Origin: Octopus vulgaris
Lineage: Eukaryota
NCBI GenBank assembly: GCA_951406725.2
Contig: OX597823.1
Span: 56,420,001 to 56,484,000 of the forward strand
DNA: 64,000 bases
Reading direction: 5' to 3'
Under the pieces are notes generated by a model, which saw nothing but the letters and a program-made list of their open reading frames with translations, was not told where the DNA came from and did no database searches. A program made the translations under genes and the position numbers. Of the stretch, positions 1 through 12,792 are shown in pieces. How positions within the stretch are numbered: the first letter of the stretch is position 1; each line of letters starts with the position of its first letter.

Positions 1-683
1 TTCTATGGCTGGATGCCCTTCCTAACGCCAACCACTCCGTGAGTGTAGTGGGTGCTTTTTACGTGATATATATGTGTGTCTGTGTGTTTTATTGCCTCCT
101 TCCCTGATTTCACTTGATAGCTGTAATTAAATATCACCATCATGCATGCAGTGTTCTTTGTTTCCATTCTGCCATGATAACATATCTGGTCATGGGGAAA
201 TTTTACTTTATTTGGAAATAGGTGAGGATTGGTGATAGGAAGAGCATCCAGCAGTAGAAAATCTGCCTCAACAAATTCCATTCAACACATGCAAGCATGG
301 GAAAAGTGGACATTAAATGATGATGACATGTTACTTAATAATATAAATATATATATATGATCTATTCTTTTACACTTTGCAGTCGTTTGACTGCAGACAT
401 GCTGGAGTACAGCCTTATAAAGGGTTTTAGTCAAACAAATCGCCTCCAGGACTTATTCTTTGTAAGCCTAGTACTTATTCTATCAGTCTCTTTTGCCAAA
501 CTGGTAAGTTACAGGAACCATCAATTGTCAAGTGATGGTGGGCAGACAAATAGATACAATGACATACACACATAAACATATATATATATGATTATATGTA
601 TATATACATACATATATATATATGATTATATGTATACATACATATATATATGTATATATATATACATATATGTGATTATATGT

Positions 684-740
<57 letters not shown>

Positions 741-2481
741 TGATTATATGTATATATACATAGATACATGCATATACATATATATATATATACACACACA
801 TATACATATACCAAATCCACTCACAAGTCTTTGGTCAGCTCAAGGTTATAGTTGAAGACACTATATATATATTACATATATTTCCAAGTTTTGGATGGCA
901 AATGAGATTACGTGAAGTTAATACTTTTCTCAAATTATGTGAGTTGGATGCACTTGAGGGGTTACAATTTTGATAATGTGGAAGCTGGTGTGTGTGTGGT
1001 GGGGCTTGAACATTAAAAGGAACTGTGGTAATCTTGATATGGTGTGGTGGTGTTCATGAAAAATGCTGGAAGTGTGATCATTGTAACACAAATTGTGTGG
1101 TTGTTAACAGAGCTGTAACTAATAACAAAAGCTGGTGACTTACTAATCAAGATCTGGCTTTATGCGGAGGCTAGGGGTTTAAAACCTTTTAAGCATTAAG
1201 ATATATTTTGCACTTGTAGTTTGCATGAGCTGTTTCATGATTAGAGTTTAAAGAATTTAGAAGCTAACAAGTTAAGATGTTGGGCAATCAAACCAAATGT
1301 TTATATTTTGACCTGAGCTAAGACGGTGTTTATTTGCTCATTCTTGCTGAAAATAGTGCCTTTTACTTCAGGTTTGTGATTTTAAAAATGTGCTCCCAGC
1401 TGTGTTAATAATAATAATAATAGTAAACAGAAAAAATAGAAACAGCCTACTCAAACATTTAATGTAATTTATGTAGAACAATCCGAACCAAGTTAGTATG
1501 AATGAATAACTATAAAACCATATCAGAAAACTGCTAGACCTCAATAAAAGCTATTTTCTTGATGTTCTGAAAAGTAAAATATTTGAGTTAACATGCTATA
1601 AATCACTTACAACCCTGTAGATAGTAGCATATCATGTGGGTTTTAGAACAGAGACAAATAGTGTAAATAAGCTACCAGGTGTATACCATACAATTTATTG
1701 TCTAATATATATATACATACATACACACACACACACAAAGAATTCTTTCAGTTTCTGTCTACCAAATCTCACTCAAAAAGTAAATTTGGCCTGCATTTAT
1801 AGTGGGAAGTATTTACCCATGGTGCTACACAGTAGGACTGAACCCAGAACCATGTGGTTTAAGGAGCAAACTTCTCACCACACTTCCACACCTGCAAATG
1901 GTGCAGAAAATATGAAGTAAATAAAAATTGCTGCTGTTGAAGTCCTACCCCATGTCAGCCCTGATTGAGCAGTTTTATTATGATCAAGGATTATTTATGC
2001 TATAACCACCCTGTTTTTTTTTTTTTAAAGTCAGTGTACATCAAGTCATCCTTACTGAAATAATGTCCATTGCCCTTTCAAGGAACTGTCGTTATATGAA
2101 CCATTGAGGAGGCTGTGGTCACTCAGCCTGCTAGATATAACAGTCAAATTTACTTGGACCATCTTAGAAAAGTACATGCTGGAGAATGAGATTTTAAGAT
2201 CCCTGAACATGAAAAAGACAGTATGGTCACAAGTGGCATGTGTCATGGAAACCTGCTGCTAGTTACCATGTAATTCATTACTCTCATGGTTGAGTGGTCA
2301 GCAACTAAGTTGGGTCCTATTAAAACTTGCTGTGAGTGTTGGGTGTGTGGGCATCTAGCAGGATTCGGGAAAAAGTATAAAAGTAACTGCTAGAAATGTG
2401 TTCCCTGGGAACCAACAGTTCCACTTAGAGATGGGTGCTATGGTGCCACTAAGGATTAATAAGCACAATATTTACACCAAT

Positions 2482-2959
2482 TTCGTTTTTGTATTTGGTT
2501 CGCAAGATTCTTTATGTGAATTCGTGTTTTGAAGCAGATTTTGTGTCTAGGGAGAGTCATTATGCTAATATAATTAACACGTACACTGGTTCAATTCTTC
2601 TCATTTATTAACTATCCGATTTTTCTTTTTTTTTTTGGTCAAAGTTCTTTCTTTGCTTTTTTGCAACCTCTCAGTGACCATTGACTCTGTCCGTTATAGA
2701 GGGCACTTTTGTTTGTCTGTTTGAGATTTTGCTGTGTTTCAATTTTTAGAGACACACACACATGCAACAAAATCTCAAACAGACAAACAAATGCACCCTC
2801 TATAAATGGACAGAGCCTATGGTCACTAAGAAGGTTGCAAAAAAGCAATGAAAGAACTTTGACAATAAAAAAATGATTATTTAATAAATGAGTGGAATTG
2901 AACCAGTTTGTGTGTGTGTTAATTATATTGGCATGGTGACCCTCCCTAGACACAACAAA
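2482..2959. mobile_element. Hairpin-plus-tail insertion with 12-bp TSD
   Basis: ~200-bp inverted arms (2538-2737 vs 2763-2960) preceded by a ~55-bp unpaired tail; TSD ATTTACACCAAT at 2470-2481 and 2960-2971. Confidence 0.8.
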
Positions 2960-3129
2960 ATTTACACCAATGTTAAAATCCATATAAGATTAGCCAGGGC
3001 CTGGGTAGAGAAAGTCCAAGACAGGTGAAAAAGCTAAGTTTAAAAAGGAAATGAATTCAGGTTTTCCAGTGGCAGAAATGATTTTACTTGGCATCCAAGA
3101 CCATACTCAGTCAATCCTTTTCCTTTTAT

Positions 3130-3337
3130 CCCTTTAGCATTTCAACCTGCCATATCCAGCCCAAATATTTTTCCTGTTTTAAGTTCAAACCGGTCTCTCA
3201 TGCTTACCATACAATGTCATTCTAAAATTAGACAATTGCATCATTCGAATTTTGAAGCTATTAGATAATGCATAATTAATTCAAAACAATATGAATAAAT
3301 AAGTGTTTTGTTTGACAGAAATCTGGACGCTAAAAGG
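3130..3337. mobile_element. piggyBac-like MITE, degenerate
   Basis: TTAT|CCCTTTAGCAT ... ACGCTAAAAGG|TTAA. Confidence 0.6.
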
Positions 3338-3593
3338 TTAACACAGTAGAGTGTAATATGAGGGATTTGGTTGCTATTTATAGCAAATGAAGCAACTCCT
3401 ATATATATATATATATATATAGGAGTGGCTGTGTGATAAGTAGCTTGCTAACGAACCACATAGTTCCGGGTTCAGTCCCACTGCGTGGGCAAGTGTCTTT
3501 TACTATAGCCTCATGCCTTGTGAGTGGATTTGATAGACGGAAACTAAAAGAAGCCTGTCGTATATATGCAAACACAGACACACAAACATATAT

Positions 3594-3626
<33 letters not shown>

Positions 3627-3627
3627 G

Positions 3628-3822
3628 TTAATCCAAACATGAAAACACAACAACGCGAGGACGTGGAACAAGTATAGTGTTATTGGACGCTCAGGAAGGA
3701 AAGAAAGGAGGAGGATTTAACGTTTCAAGTGGAGCTCTCCGTCAGAAACATAGGAAAAGGAAAGATCCAAGGAAGGGAAGACGGGGGTAAAAAATCGCCA
3801 ACGATGCACATGCAGTCACATA
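3628..3822 (-). mobile_element. PLE pseudo-LTR-like repeat with degenerate minimal hammerhead motif
   Basis: Minus strand reads TTCTGACGGAGAGCTCCACTTGAAACGTTAA. Reverse-complement homologue of 6986-7172; related partial copies at 6183-6265, 8576-8765 and 37855-38030. Confidence 0.65.
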
Positions 3823-3844
3823 TTGAATGACCGTTTTTTTCTTT

Positions 3845-4010
3845 AAAATTCGTCGCAGTAGAACATGTGAGGCATGAAGCAGAGTCCTCTACTGAGGAGT
3901 GAGTGCTCGGCAGTGGAGAGGGGGAGGTTGGGTGGTATAGTGACAACAGTGTGAGGGAGCAGAGTGGTGGGGGTCAGGAAAAGGGGGTGCAGAGGTGTGG
4001 GGAGGAGGGT
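3845..4010 (-). mobile_element. PLE ORF N-terminal fragment
   Basis: Minus frame VVTIPPNLPLSTAEHSLLSRGLCFMP fits the PLE N-terminal motif LSxxExxLLxKGLxFxP. It lies next to a PLE-type terminal repeat. Confidence 0.7.
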
Positions 4011-5104
4011 TATATATGTATGTGTGTGTCTGTGTTTGCCCCCCCCCCACATCACTTGACAACTGATGCTGGTGTGTTTACGTCCACGTAACTTAGCGGT
4101 TTGGCAAAAGCGACCAATAGAATAAGTACTAGGCTTACAAAGAATAAGTCCTGGTGTCGATTTGCTCGACTAAAGGCAGTGCTCCAGCATGACCGCAGTC
4201 AAATGACTGAAACAAGTAAAAGAGTATATATATATTATATATGTATGTATATAAGCTGGCTGGTGTTAGGAAGGGCATCTAGCTGTAAAAATCCTGCCAA
4301 AACAGACAGTGAAGCCAGGGGCAGTCTTCTTCCTGGTCAGCCCCTGTCAAATCGTTTAACCCATGCTAGCATGGAAAACAGACATTAAATGATGATGATG
4401 ATGTATACAAATCCTGCTAAGTTCTTGGTTATTTCCAACTAAACTGAAGCCATGGAAGAGCCTTTCTGTAGAATTCTGATCATGAAAAGGTTGTTTTCCC
4501 AATGAGGCTAACTTTTAGTAAGAACCTGATTTAGTACATCTGTCAGCTATTCTCCAAAGACTATAAAATTATCCTTTAGTGTGCTGTATGCTGCTGAAAT
4601 CACCATATTTTTCGTTATGGTTTTAGCTCCTGTTGGCAGATTTGATCATTGGGGAAAATCTGATTTAAAGTGTCTCCTTGTGTAGCTAGTATTTATAAAA
4701 TCCATGTTGATTCAAGTACTCACTACAATTGCAGAACAGATGTGAAAACAATATGTTGTTGTTGGCATAAGCATGTTGTTGCTGTGATGTTATGTTATGC
4801 TGTATATGACTCTGAGACTGCGTGTTAAAGGATAAATAAGTAAGATTATATTTTTCTGAGTATGTATTTATATATATATATATATATGTTGTGTGGTATG
4901 ATTTTTAGCAAGTAGTATAACACTTGATCTGTTGAGTAAGGATACTGTAACCAAAAGCATGAGGCTTTGCATGCTTTTTTATTATAAAATATAGGTAACC
5001 TTTGACTTTTTCTATGCAAAAGAGTTTTTCAACCCAATATCTACATGCTATTGTTTATAGCCTTATGTGCTTTGAGATCCACTTTTCTGAATATATATAT
5101 ATAT

Positions 5105-5439
5105 TTCAGTCCCACTGCGTGGCACCTTGGGCAAGTGTCTTCTACTATAGCCTTAGGCCGACCAAAGCCTTGTGAGTGGATTTGGTAGACGGAAACTGAA
5201 AGAAGCTCGTATATATGTATATATATATATGTTTGTGTGTCTGTGTTTGTCCCCACAACATCGCTTGACAACCGATGCTGGTGTGTTTATGTCCCCGTAA
5301 CTTAGCAGTTCAGCAAAAGAGACCGATAGAATAAGTACTAGACTTACAAAGAATAAGTCTTGGGGTCGATTTGCTCGACTAAAGGCGGTGCTCCAGCACA
5401 GTCACAGTCAAATGACTGAAACACATAAAAGAGTAAAGA

Positions 5440-5440
<1 letters not shown>
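5105..5440 (+). mobile_element. Family-A SINE, 5' truncated
   Basis: Collinear with the family-A consensus. Confidence 0.85.
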
Positions 5441-5479
<39 letters not shown>

Positions 5480-5629
5480 ATTATTATTATTCAAAACAGT
5501 TTGATTCATATTCCCTCTCTCCTTCAAGCATGGAATCTGAATCAAACTCTTTTGAATAGTACATGTAACTCCCAATAAATGCAGTGAGTGCTCTTTATTT
5601 TGTTTGTCCATTCACACATATATACATGC

Positions 5630-5663
<34 letters not shown>

Positions 5664-5829
5664 ATAAAGAAATCTACATTTGTTGTTTTAGAAGCGTTGA
5701 ATGTGGATCATATGATACAAACAAAAAAAGTGATATTTTGAACACACTATCGCCGTTAAAACAGCAGAAAAAATGGGTATTATTACACTTACAAGGCAGA
5801 AAAAGTTGTCACACACACACACACATATA

Positions 5830-6022
5830 TGGGGGGATGCTTAAAAGTTCCTAGCTTTGGGTAAAGGATCAGATAATTATGATTTTATTTAATGTATTCC
5901 TCTCTCAGATTCACATAATTATAGCAGCAGTCTTTCAGTTTTTCTAAGCCCTGTAAAAATAACTCGGTAAGTTGGTCCTTTTGTGATACCCTTAAAGCTA
6001 GGAACTTTTCAGCACCCCCTCA
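5830..6022. mobile_element. mariner-type MITE
   Basis: GGGGGGATGCTTAAAAGTTCCTAGCTTT at left; AAAGCTAGGAACTTTTCAGCACCCCCT at right. Confidence 0.7.
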
Positions 6023-6985
6023 CATTTATATATATATGTGTGTGTATGTAACCGTGTCTTGCCATGGTGAAAATATTACTTTGCTTGGAAACAAGTGACA
6101 GGAAGGGTATCTGGCTGTAGAACAATTTGCTTCAATGTATTCCATCTGACTTGTGCAAACATGGAAAATTGGACATTAAAACAGTACGAGCGTTAAACTA
6201 GTACATCTGTTTGTTGTCTACTCCACCAGTCTTCGTCTTTTGTTTTTTTTGTGAATTCTCCCTATATATATATATATAGACATATATCTACTGTAGTGTT
6301 GAGATTATTTTGTTACTGCTCCAACTTTTAGGAATGTCTATTGTCGATCATGAAAGTGAATTCTGAAACAGAATAGACCGTATTTATGACAAAGATAATT
6401 TGTGAGGGTATATGTATCTTTTAATATTACAATATATAATTACCCTCTAGTTCTGTTTTTTCCTTCTCTGTCAATTCTAATGTATGCACATACACACATG
6501 CATCATCATCATCATCACCACTTAATGTCCATTTTCCATGCTGTCATGAGTTGCATGGTTTAGCAAGGTCTGGCAAACCAGAGAACTGTACTAGTTTCTG
6601 CTGTCCACTTTGGTATGGCTTCTGTGGCTGGATACACTTCTTAACACCTAGACATGTATAAAATTTAGTTATATAACTACACGTTTCTGTGTGTATATAT
6701 GTATACAAGTGTTGCCATGGCTGTGTGATAAGAAGCTTGCTTCCCAACCACATGGTTCCAGGTTGAGTCCCACTGTGTGGCACATTGGGGCAAAATGAAA
6801 ACTGAAAGAAGCCCATCATATATATTTGGGGTGGGTGGTGTTAGGAAGGGCATACAGTCGTAAAAGCCATACCAAAACAGACACTGAAGTCTGGTGCTTT
6901 CTTCTGCCTGGCCAGCTCCTGTCAAACCATCCAACCCTTGCAGACATTAAACAATTTTGCTGATGATATATATGTATATATATAA

Positions 6986-7167
6986 AATGTCACCTCGTGT
7001 GTACCGTTGGTGATTTTTTTTCCCTTTGTCTTCCCTTCTCGTATGTTTCCGACGAAGAGCTCCGCTCGAAACATTAAACCCTCCTTCTTTCCTGAGCGTC
7101 CAATAATACTATATTTGTTCCACGTCCTCACGTTGTTGTGTTTTTTCGTGTTTTCTTGTTTGGATTA

Positions 7168-7172
<5 letters not shown>
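6986..7172 (+). mobile_element. PLE pseudo-LTR-like repeat with degenerate minimal hammerhead motif
   Basis: TTCCGACGAAGAGCTCCGCTCGAAACATTAA (CUGAnGA-stemII-GAAAC pattern with one core change), embedded in (TA)n. Confidence 0.65.
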
Positions 7173-7216
<44 letters not shown>

Positions 7217-8001
7217 GTCTGTATGTGCCTGCATTTGTTTCTGGTGTTTGTCCCCTACCGCTGCTTGACAACTGGTATTGGTGTTTTTGCATCCCTGTAA
7301 CTTAGCAGTTTGGCAAAAGAGACCAATAGAATAAATACCAGACTTTAAAACAAAATATATAAATACTGGGATCGATTCATTCTAGTAAAAATTCTTCAAG
7401 GTGGTGCACCAGCATGGCCGCAGTCTAATGATTGAAACAAGTAGAAGATAAAAGATTTGTGCATGTGTTTATATTTCAGGTCGATAAATTAAGTACCAGT
7501 TGCATAATTGGGTTGATCTAATCGACTGGATCCCTCCCCTAAAATTTCGGACCTTGTGCCTAGAGTAGAAAAGAATATATATATTTATATATATATAGTG
7601 TGTGTGTGTGTCTGCTACTATAGTTTAACCAAAGCCTTGTGAGTGAATGGAGTAGACAGAAACTGTGTAGATGTTTGTTATGTGTGTGTGTTTGTTGATT
7701 ACCACATGATAAAATATGTTTGTTTGGTTTTGTTCCTGTCCCTTAGCAGTTTCACAAAAGAAACTGGCATGATGAGTATCAAATGTTAAAAAATAAATAC
7801 TAGAGTTTTTTTTGCTTCACTAAATCCTTCAAGCCAGTATGCAGCATGGCCACAGTCCAAAAACTGAAACAAATAAAAAAATGGATACATATGTGTGTGT
7901 GTGTGTCTCAGTATGTACATACACTGATAGAGCAAATCATAAGCCTATAATGATGAAATGGAGACATTTTATTGCATTATATATATATATATATATATAT
8001 A

Positions 8002-8221
8002 TCATCATCATCATCATCATTGTTTAACATCCGTTTTCCATGCTAGCATGGGTTGGACGGTTTGACCGGGTTCTGGGAAGCCAGGAGGCTGCACCAGGAT
8101 CCAGTCTGATCTGGCAGTGTTTCTATGGCTGGATTCCCTTCCTAACGCCAACCACTCCGTGAGTGTAGTGGGTGCTTTTTACGTGCCACCGGAGGCTGGC
8201 AATGGCTACGATCGGTTGGTG

Positions 8222-8225
<4 letters not shown>
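8002..8225 (-). mobile_element. Family-C retroposon 3' part with (GAT)n tail
   Basis: (CAT)n..TTTAACATCCGTTTTCCATGCTAGCATGGGTTGGACGG...CTTCCTAACGCCAACCACTCCG. Other copies at 1-65, 180-330, 4255-4403, 9881-10132, 39585-39725 and 60375-60752. Confidence 0.8.
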
Positions 8226-8270
<45 letters not shown>

Positions 8271-8331
8271 TTATATATATAAGAGAATAAGGTGTACGTA
8301 CGCCGCAATAATATATATATATATATATAAA

Positions 8332-8556
8332 AATACAAAATGGGACAAGAACGCAAAACATTCAAATAGACGATACAAAAAACTGGACGGGTCATTTGAA
8401 GCCTCTAATCTTCAGTCAATTTTGGCTGATTAATCTTGAGATTACTCCGATCTGGCCAGCCCAAGGAATTGACTGAAGATTAGAGGCTTCGAATGACCTG
8501 TCCAGTTTTTTGTATCGTCTATTTGAATGTTTTGCATTCTTGTCCCATTTTGTATT
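8332..8556. repeat. Fold-back with ~90-bp arms in (TA)n
   Basis: 8332-8421 is the reverse complement of 8467-8556; the arm and loop sequence also occurs unpaired from 51346. Confidence 0.85.
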
Positions 8557-8781
8557 GTTATATATATATATATATTCGCCATGATAGATCGGTAGCCACT
8601 ATACACATTTTTTTCTCTCCTTGTTTCTTTCTTTGTTCCTTTCTGTAGAAGAGTGTAGGCTCAAAACATTAAAGACTTTTTCAATTCCTGAGCATTATAC
8701 TAATACATCTGTTTGCTTTCTACACCACCTGTCTTCGTCTTTTGTTTTTTTCGTGAATTCTCCCTATATATATATAAAGGC

Positions 8782-9165
8782 ATTGGTGTGGCCGTATGAT
8801 AAGCTTGCTTCCAACATGGTTCTGGGTTCAGTCACTTTGGGCTAGTGACTTCTACTATAGCCTCAGGCCAACTAATGCCTTGAGTGGATTTGGTAAACAG
8901 AAACTGAAAGAAGCTTGTGGTACATACATATATATATATATATGAGTGTGTTTGTGTCTGTGTTTGTCCCCCCTGTCACTGCTTGACAGCTGGTATTGGT
9001 GTGTTTACGTCCCTATAATTTAGCAGTTCAGTAAAAGAGACTGATAGAATAAGTACTTGGACTTAAAAATAAGTCCTGGGGTTGATTTGTTCCACTAAAA
9101 CCCCTTAAGGTGGTACTCCAGCATGGCTGCAGTCAAATGACTGAAACAAGTAAAAGAATAAAAAG
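8782..9165 (+). mobile_element. Family-A SINE, CpG-decayed
   Basis: Collinear with the family-A consensus; CG positions mostly read TG or CA. Confidence 0.8.
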
Positions 9166-10132
9166 AATATATATGCACATATATATATATATATATGTAC
9201 ATGTGTAGATGCTCACTTTCTCTCATATATGTACAGGTATACATACAGACAGACTATATTTTTATTATACTGGGCAAAATAGCTAAATCAAATCAAATTA
9301 TTTTTTTTACATTTCATTCTCTTTTGTATGAAATACAACAAAATTTGTAAACTGTCTGCTCGGTTCTATTAACTCTTTTCAGTTACAAAACAAAACTGTT
9401 TAATTTATTGTTACTATCTACAGCAAGAATCTTTATTGTGAATTCAGTCCCCGGTGAAATAACTCTTTTTATCTACCGCTTTGAAAATGATAATAAATGA
9501 CTTGTAACTTAAGTGCAAAGAAGAGGTAGTTAGTGATGGGGTGTGGTCAGTTATATTGATCTTCAGTATTTGATTGGTAAGTTTATTTATCTGGAAAGAT
9601 GAAAGTTAAAGTTGTCCTCGGCAACATTTGAATACAGAATGTAAAAGGGATGTAACTAAATATCACAATGTATTTACCCAGTACTGTATTGATTCAGCTA
9701 GTTGTCACCTTGATGACGATGACAACGACGCCAACGCCGCTGCCGCCGATCCTTTCTACTAAAGGAACAAGGCCTGAAATTTTGTGGGAGGAGTAAGTTG
9801 ATCACATCAACTCCAGTGCTCAACTGGTACTTATTTCATCAACCTTGAAAGGATGAAAGGCAAAATTGACCTAAGCAAATCATCATCATCATTATCGTTT
9901 AACGTCCGCTTTCCATGCTAGCATGGGTTGGACAATTTTGACTGAGGGCTGGCAAACCAGATGGCTGCACCAGGCTCCAATCTTGATTTGGCAGAGTTTC
10001 TGCAGCTGGATGCTCTTCCTAACGCCAACCACTCCGAGAGTGTAGTGGGTGCTTTTTACATGCCACCAGCACGAGGGCCAGTCAGGCGGTACTGGCAACG
10101 ACCTCGCTCAAATTTTTTTACACATGCCACCA

Positions 10133-10133
10133 G

Positions 10134-10195
<62 letters not shown>

Positions 10196-10221
10196 ATAAT
10201 AATAATAATAATAATAATAAT
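10133..10221 (+). repeat. Compound (ACT)n(AAT)n microsatellite
   Basis: Direct reading. Confidence 0.95.
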
Positions 10222-10244
10222 CAGTTGCTTGATTATAACCAGTT

Positions 10245-10630
10245 GAGAATATCCCTTAGTGGCTGACGATATGTGCATCTCTGATTATCAGTAGGAGTAG
10301 TTGAGCATCATTAACCATGTGTTGAGAGGGATTATTTGAGGTTTGAATAATTACTCTTGGAAACATGGGTGTTTCATTCATCGTCCTTAAGGAACTCTTA
10401 TTCAGGGACTTTTGAGTGGGATGAGTACTTGACCTGAAGAAAATTCTAACTGCCCCCCCCCCCCACCTGCAAGGTCATGTGCTGTTTCTCTTGATATAAG
10501 ATCATGATGTCATGCACATATGGTTGTGGTGCATGTCCCTGATGTGCCCTTATCAGATAGGTAGTCATGATGGGTATATTGGGCTTCATATATTTGTACC
10601 CCAGCTTCACTTTGATGGCATGTGCTGCTC
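10245..10630. mobile_element. Family-F dispersed repeat; reverse-complement copy at 44783-45085
   Basis: CTTATTCAGGGACTTTTGAGTGGGATGAGTACTTGACCTGAAGAAAATTCTAACTG matches the complement of ~44940-44999. Confidence 0.7.
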
Positions 10631-11357
10631 TCAGAACATAAATATAGATTAAATGCTGCTAAGCATTTTGCCTGGTGTGGTAATGGTTCTACCAGCTTGC
10701 TGCCTTACAAATAATAATAATAATCCTTTCAACTAGAGGCACAAGGCCTGAAATTTGGACTGGTACTTATTCCATCGACCCTGAAAGGATGAAAGGCAAA
10801 GTCAACCACTGCAGAATTTGAACTCAGAAAAGATGGATGAAATACCACTAAACATTTTGCTTGACGTGCTAATGATTCTGCCAGCTTGCCTTCTTAGATA
10901 ATAATAGTAATGCTAATTTTTACTATAGGCACAAAGCCTGAAATTTTGAGGGAAGGGGACTAGTCAATTACATCGACCCCAGTGTTTCACTGGTACTTAA
11001 TTCATCAACCCTGAAAGGATGAAAGGCAAAATTGACCTCGGTGGAATTTGAACTCAGACCATAAAAACAGATGAAATGCTACTAAGCATTTTGCCTGGCG
11101 TGCTAATGATTCTGCCTGCTGTGCTTTTAAATAGTTATCATCATCGTCATTGTTTTAACATTCACTTTTGCACATTGCATGGGTCAGATGATAACTTTGT
11201 TGCAGCAGATTTTTTTCTACATTCAATAAAATTTGGTCGACTGAAACAGGAAGGAAGCCCATCATATTTATATGTGGGTAAGTGCGAAATAGTGAGAGAA
11301 GGCGCATGGTTTAGTGGTTAGGGTATTCAGCTCATGATGGTGGAACATTGTGTCCTT

Positions 11358-11577
11358 ATTTCTTTACTGCCCACAAGGGGCTACACACAGAGGGGACAAA
11401 AGGATTAAGTCAATTACATCTACCCCAGTACATAACTGGTACTTAATTTATCGACCCCGAAAGGATGAAAGGCAAAGTCGACCTTGGCGGAATTTGAACT
11501 CAGATCGTTAACACAGACGAAATACCGCTAAGCATTTCACCCTGCGTGCTAACGTTTCTGCCAGCTTGCCGCCTTGG
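11358..11577 (-). mobile_element. Family-B SINE nested in a family-D SINE
   Basis: Full reverse-complement copy flanked by ATTGTGTCCTT / ATTGTGTTCTT; host D pieces at 11300-11357 and 11580-11800. Confidence 0.8.
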
Positions 11578-12113
11578 CAAATTGTGTTCTTGAACAGGAA
11601 CTTACATTGCTCCGACAAAAATGAGTTGCACCTGTATTTCAAAGGGCCAGCGTTGTCACATTTCATGTCACACCGAATCTCCCTGAGAACTACATTAAGA
11701 GTACACTTGTCTGCAGAGTGCTCAGCTACTTGCACGTAGCTTTGATGAACAGGCTGTTCCTTTGATCAGATGAACTGGAACCCTTGTCATCACAACCAAC
11801 AGTGCTAGTTTTAATGGAAATACTACTCTGCTTAGAAACAAGTGAGAGTTGGTGACAGGAAGAGCACCTGGCTGTAGAAGAATCTGCCTCAACAAGGTCA
11901 TCATTTCCCTGCTTCTTCATCCTCAGTGACTTCATTGTGGGGATGAGGTGAGGAGCCCCACCGGAAGAGGAAGAGGGAGCGATGAAGTGAGTTTTGGTGA
12001 ATGGATGCATGAGTGAGATGTTCCCTCATACTACATTTGTAAGAGGTCATAAACACTGTCATTTCTTCTCTTACTATATAAACCGTATAAAAATAATAAT
12101 TCTAAATCCTCAG

Positions 12114-12550
12114 CAGCAGGCGTGGTAAGAAGGTTGTTTCCCAATCACATGGTTCTGGGTTCAGTCCCACTGCGTGGCACCTTGGACAAGTGTTTTCTAC
12201 TATAGCTTTGGGCCAACCAAAGCCTTGTGAGTGGATTTGGTTGACAAACTGAAAGAAGCCTGTTGTGTGTGTGTGTGTATATATGTGTATATATATATAT
12301 ATGCATACATGTGTTTGTATATGTTTGTAAGTATGTATTTATGTGCTTCTGTGTTTGTCCCCCCCCCCCTGCCATCACTTGACAACTGATGTTAGTGTGT
12401 TTGTCTCTGTAACTTAGCAGTTCAGTGAAAGAGAGTGATAGAATAAGTACTAGGCTTACAGAGAATAAGTCCTGGGGTCGATTTCTTCAACTAAAACACT
12501 TTAAGATGGTGCTCCAGTATGGCCGCAATCAAATGATTGAAAGAAGTAAA
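12114..12550 (+). mobile_element. Family-A SINE
   Basis: Collinear with the family-A consensus. Confidence 0.8.
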
Positions 12551-12563
12551 GGGTTAAACGAAA

Positions 12564-12792
12564 ACGCCTTTAGTCAAGCAAATCGACCCCAGGACTTATT
12601 CTTTGTAAGCCTAGTACTTATTCTATCGGTTTCTTTTGCTGAACCACTAAGTTACAGGGACATAAGCACACCGACATCGGATGTCAAACGATGTTGGGGG
12701 GACAAACACAAACAAATATATACACATACACACACATATCTATAAATACACACATACATATATACGACAGGCTTCTTTCAGTTTCTGTCTAC
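12564..12792 (-). mobile_element. Family-A SINE fragment, inverted against the preceding copy
   Basis: CGCCTTTAGTCAAGCAAATCGACCCCAGGACTTATTCTTTGTAAGCCTAG is the reverse complement of the family-A 3' half. Confidence 0.8.

Noticed and set aside
870-1420. Possible PLE GIY-YIG 3' end on the minus strand (PSLRIKPDLD*)
   Set aside because: Too degraded; only a weak short motif.
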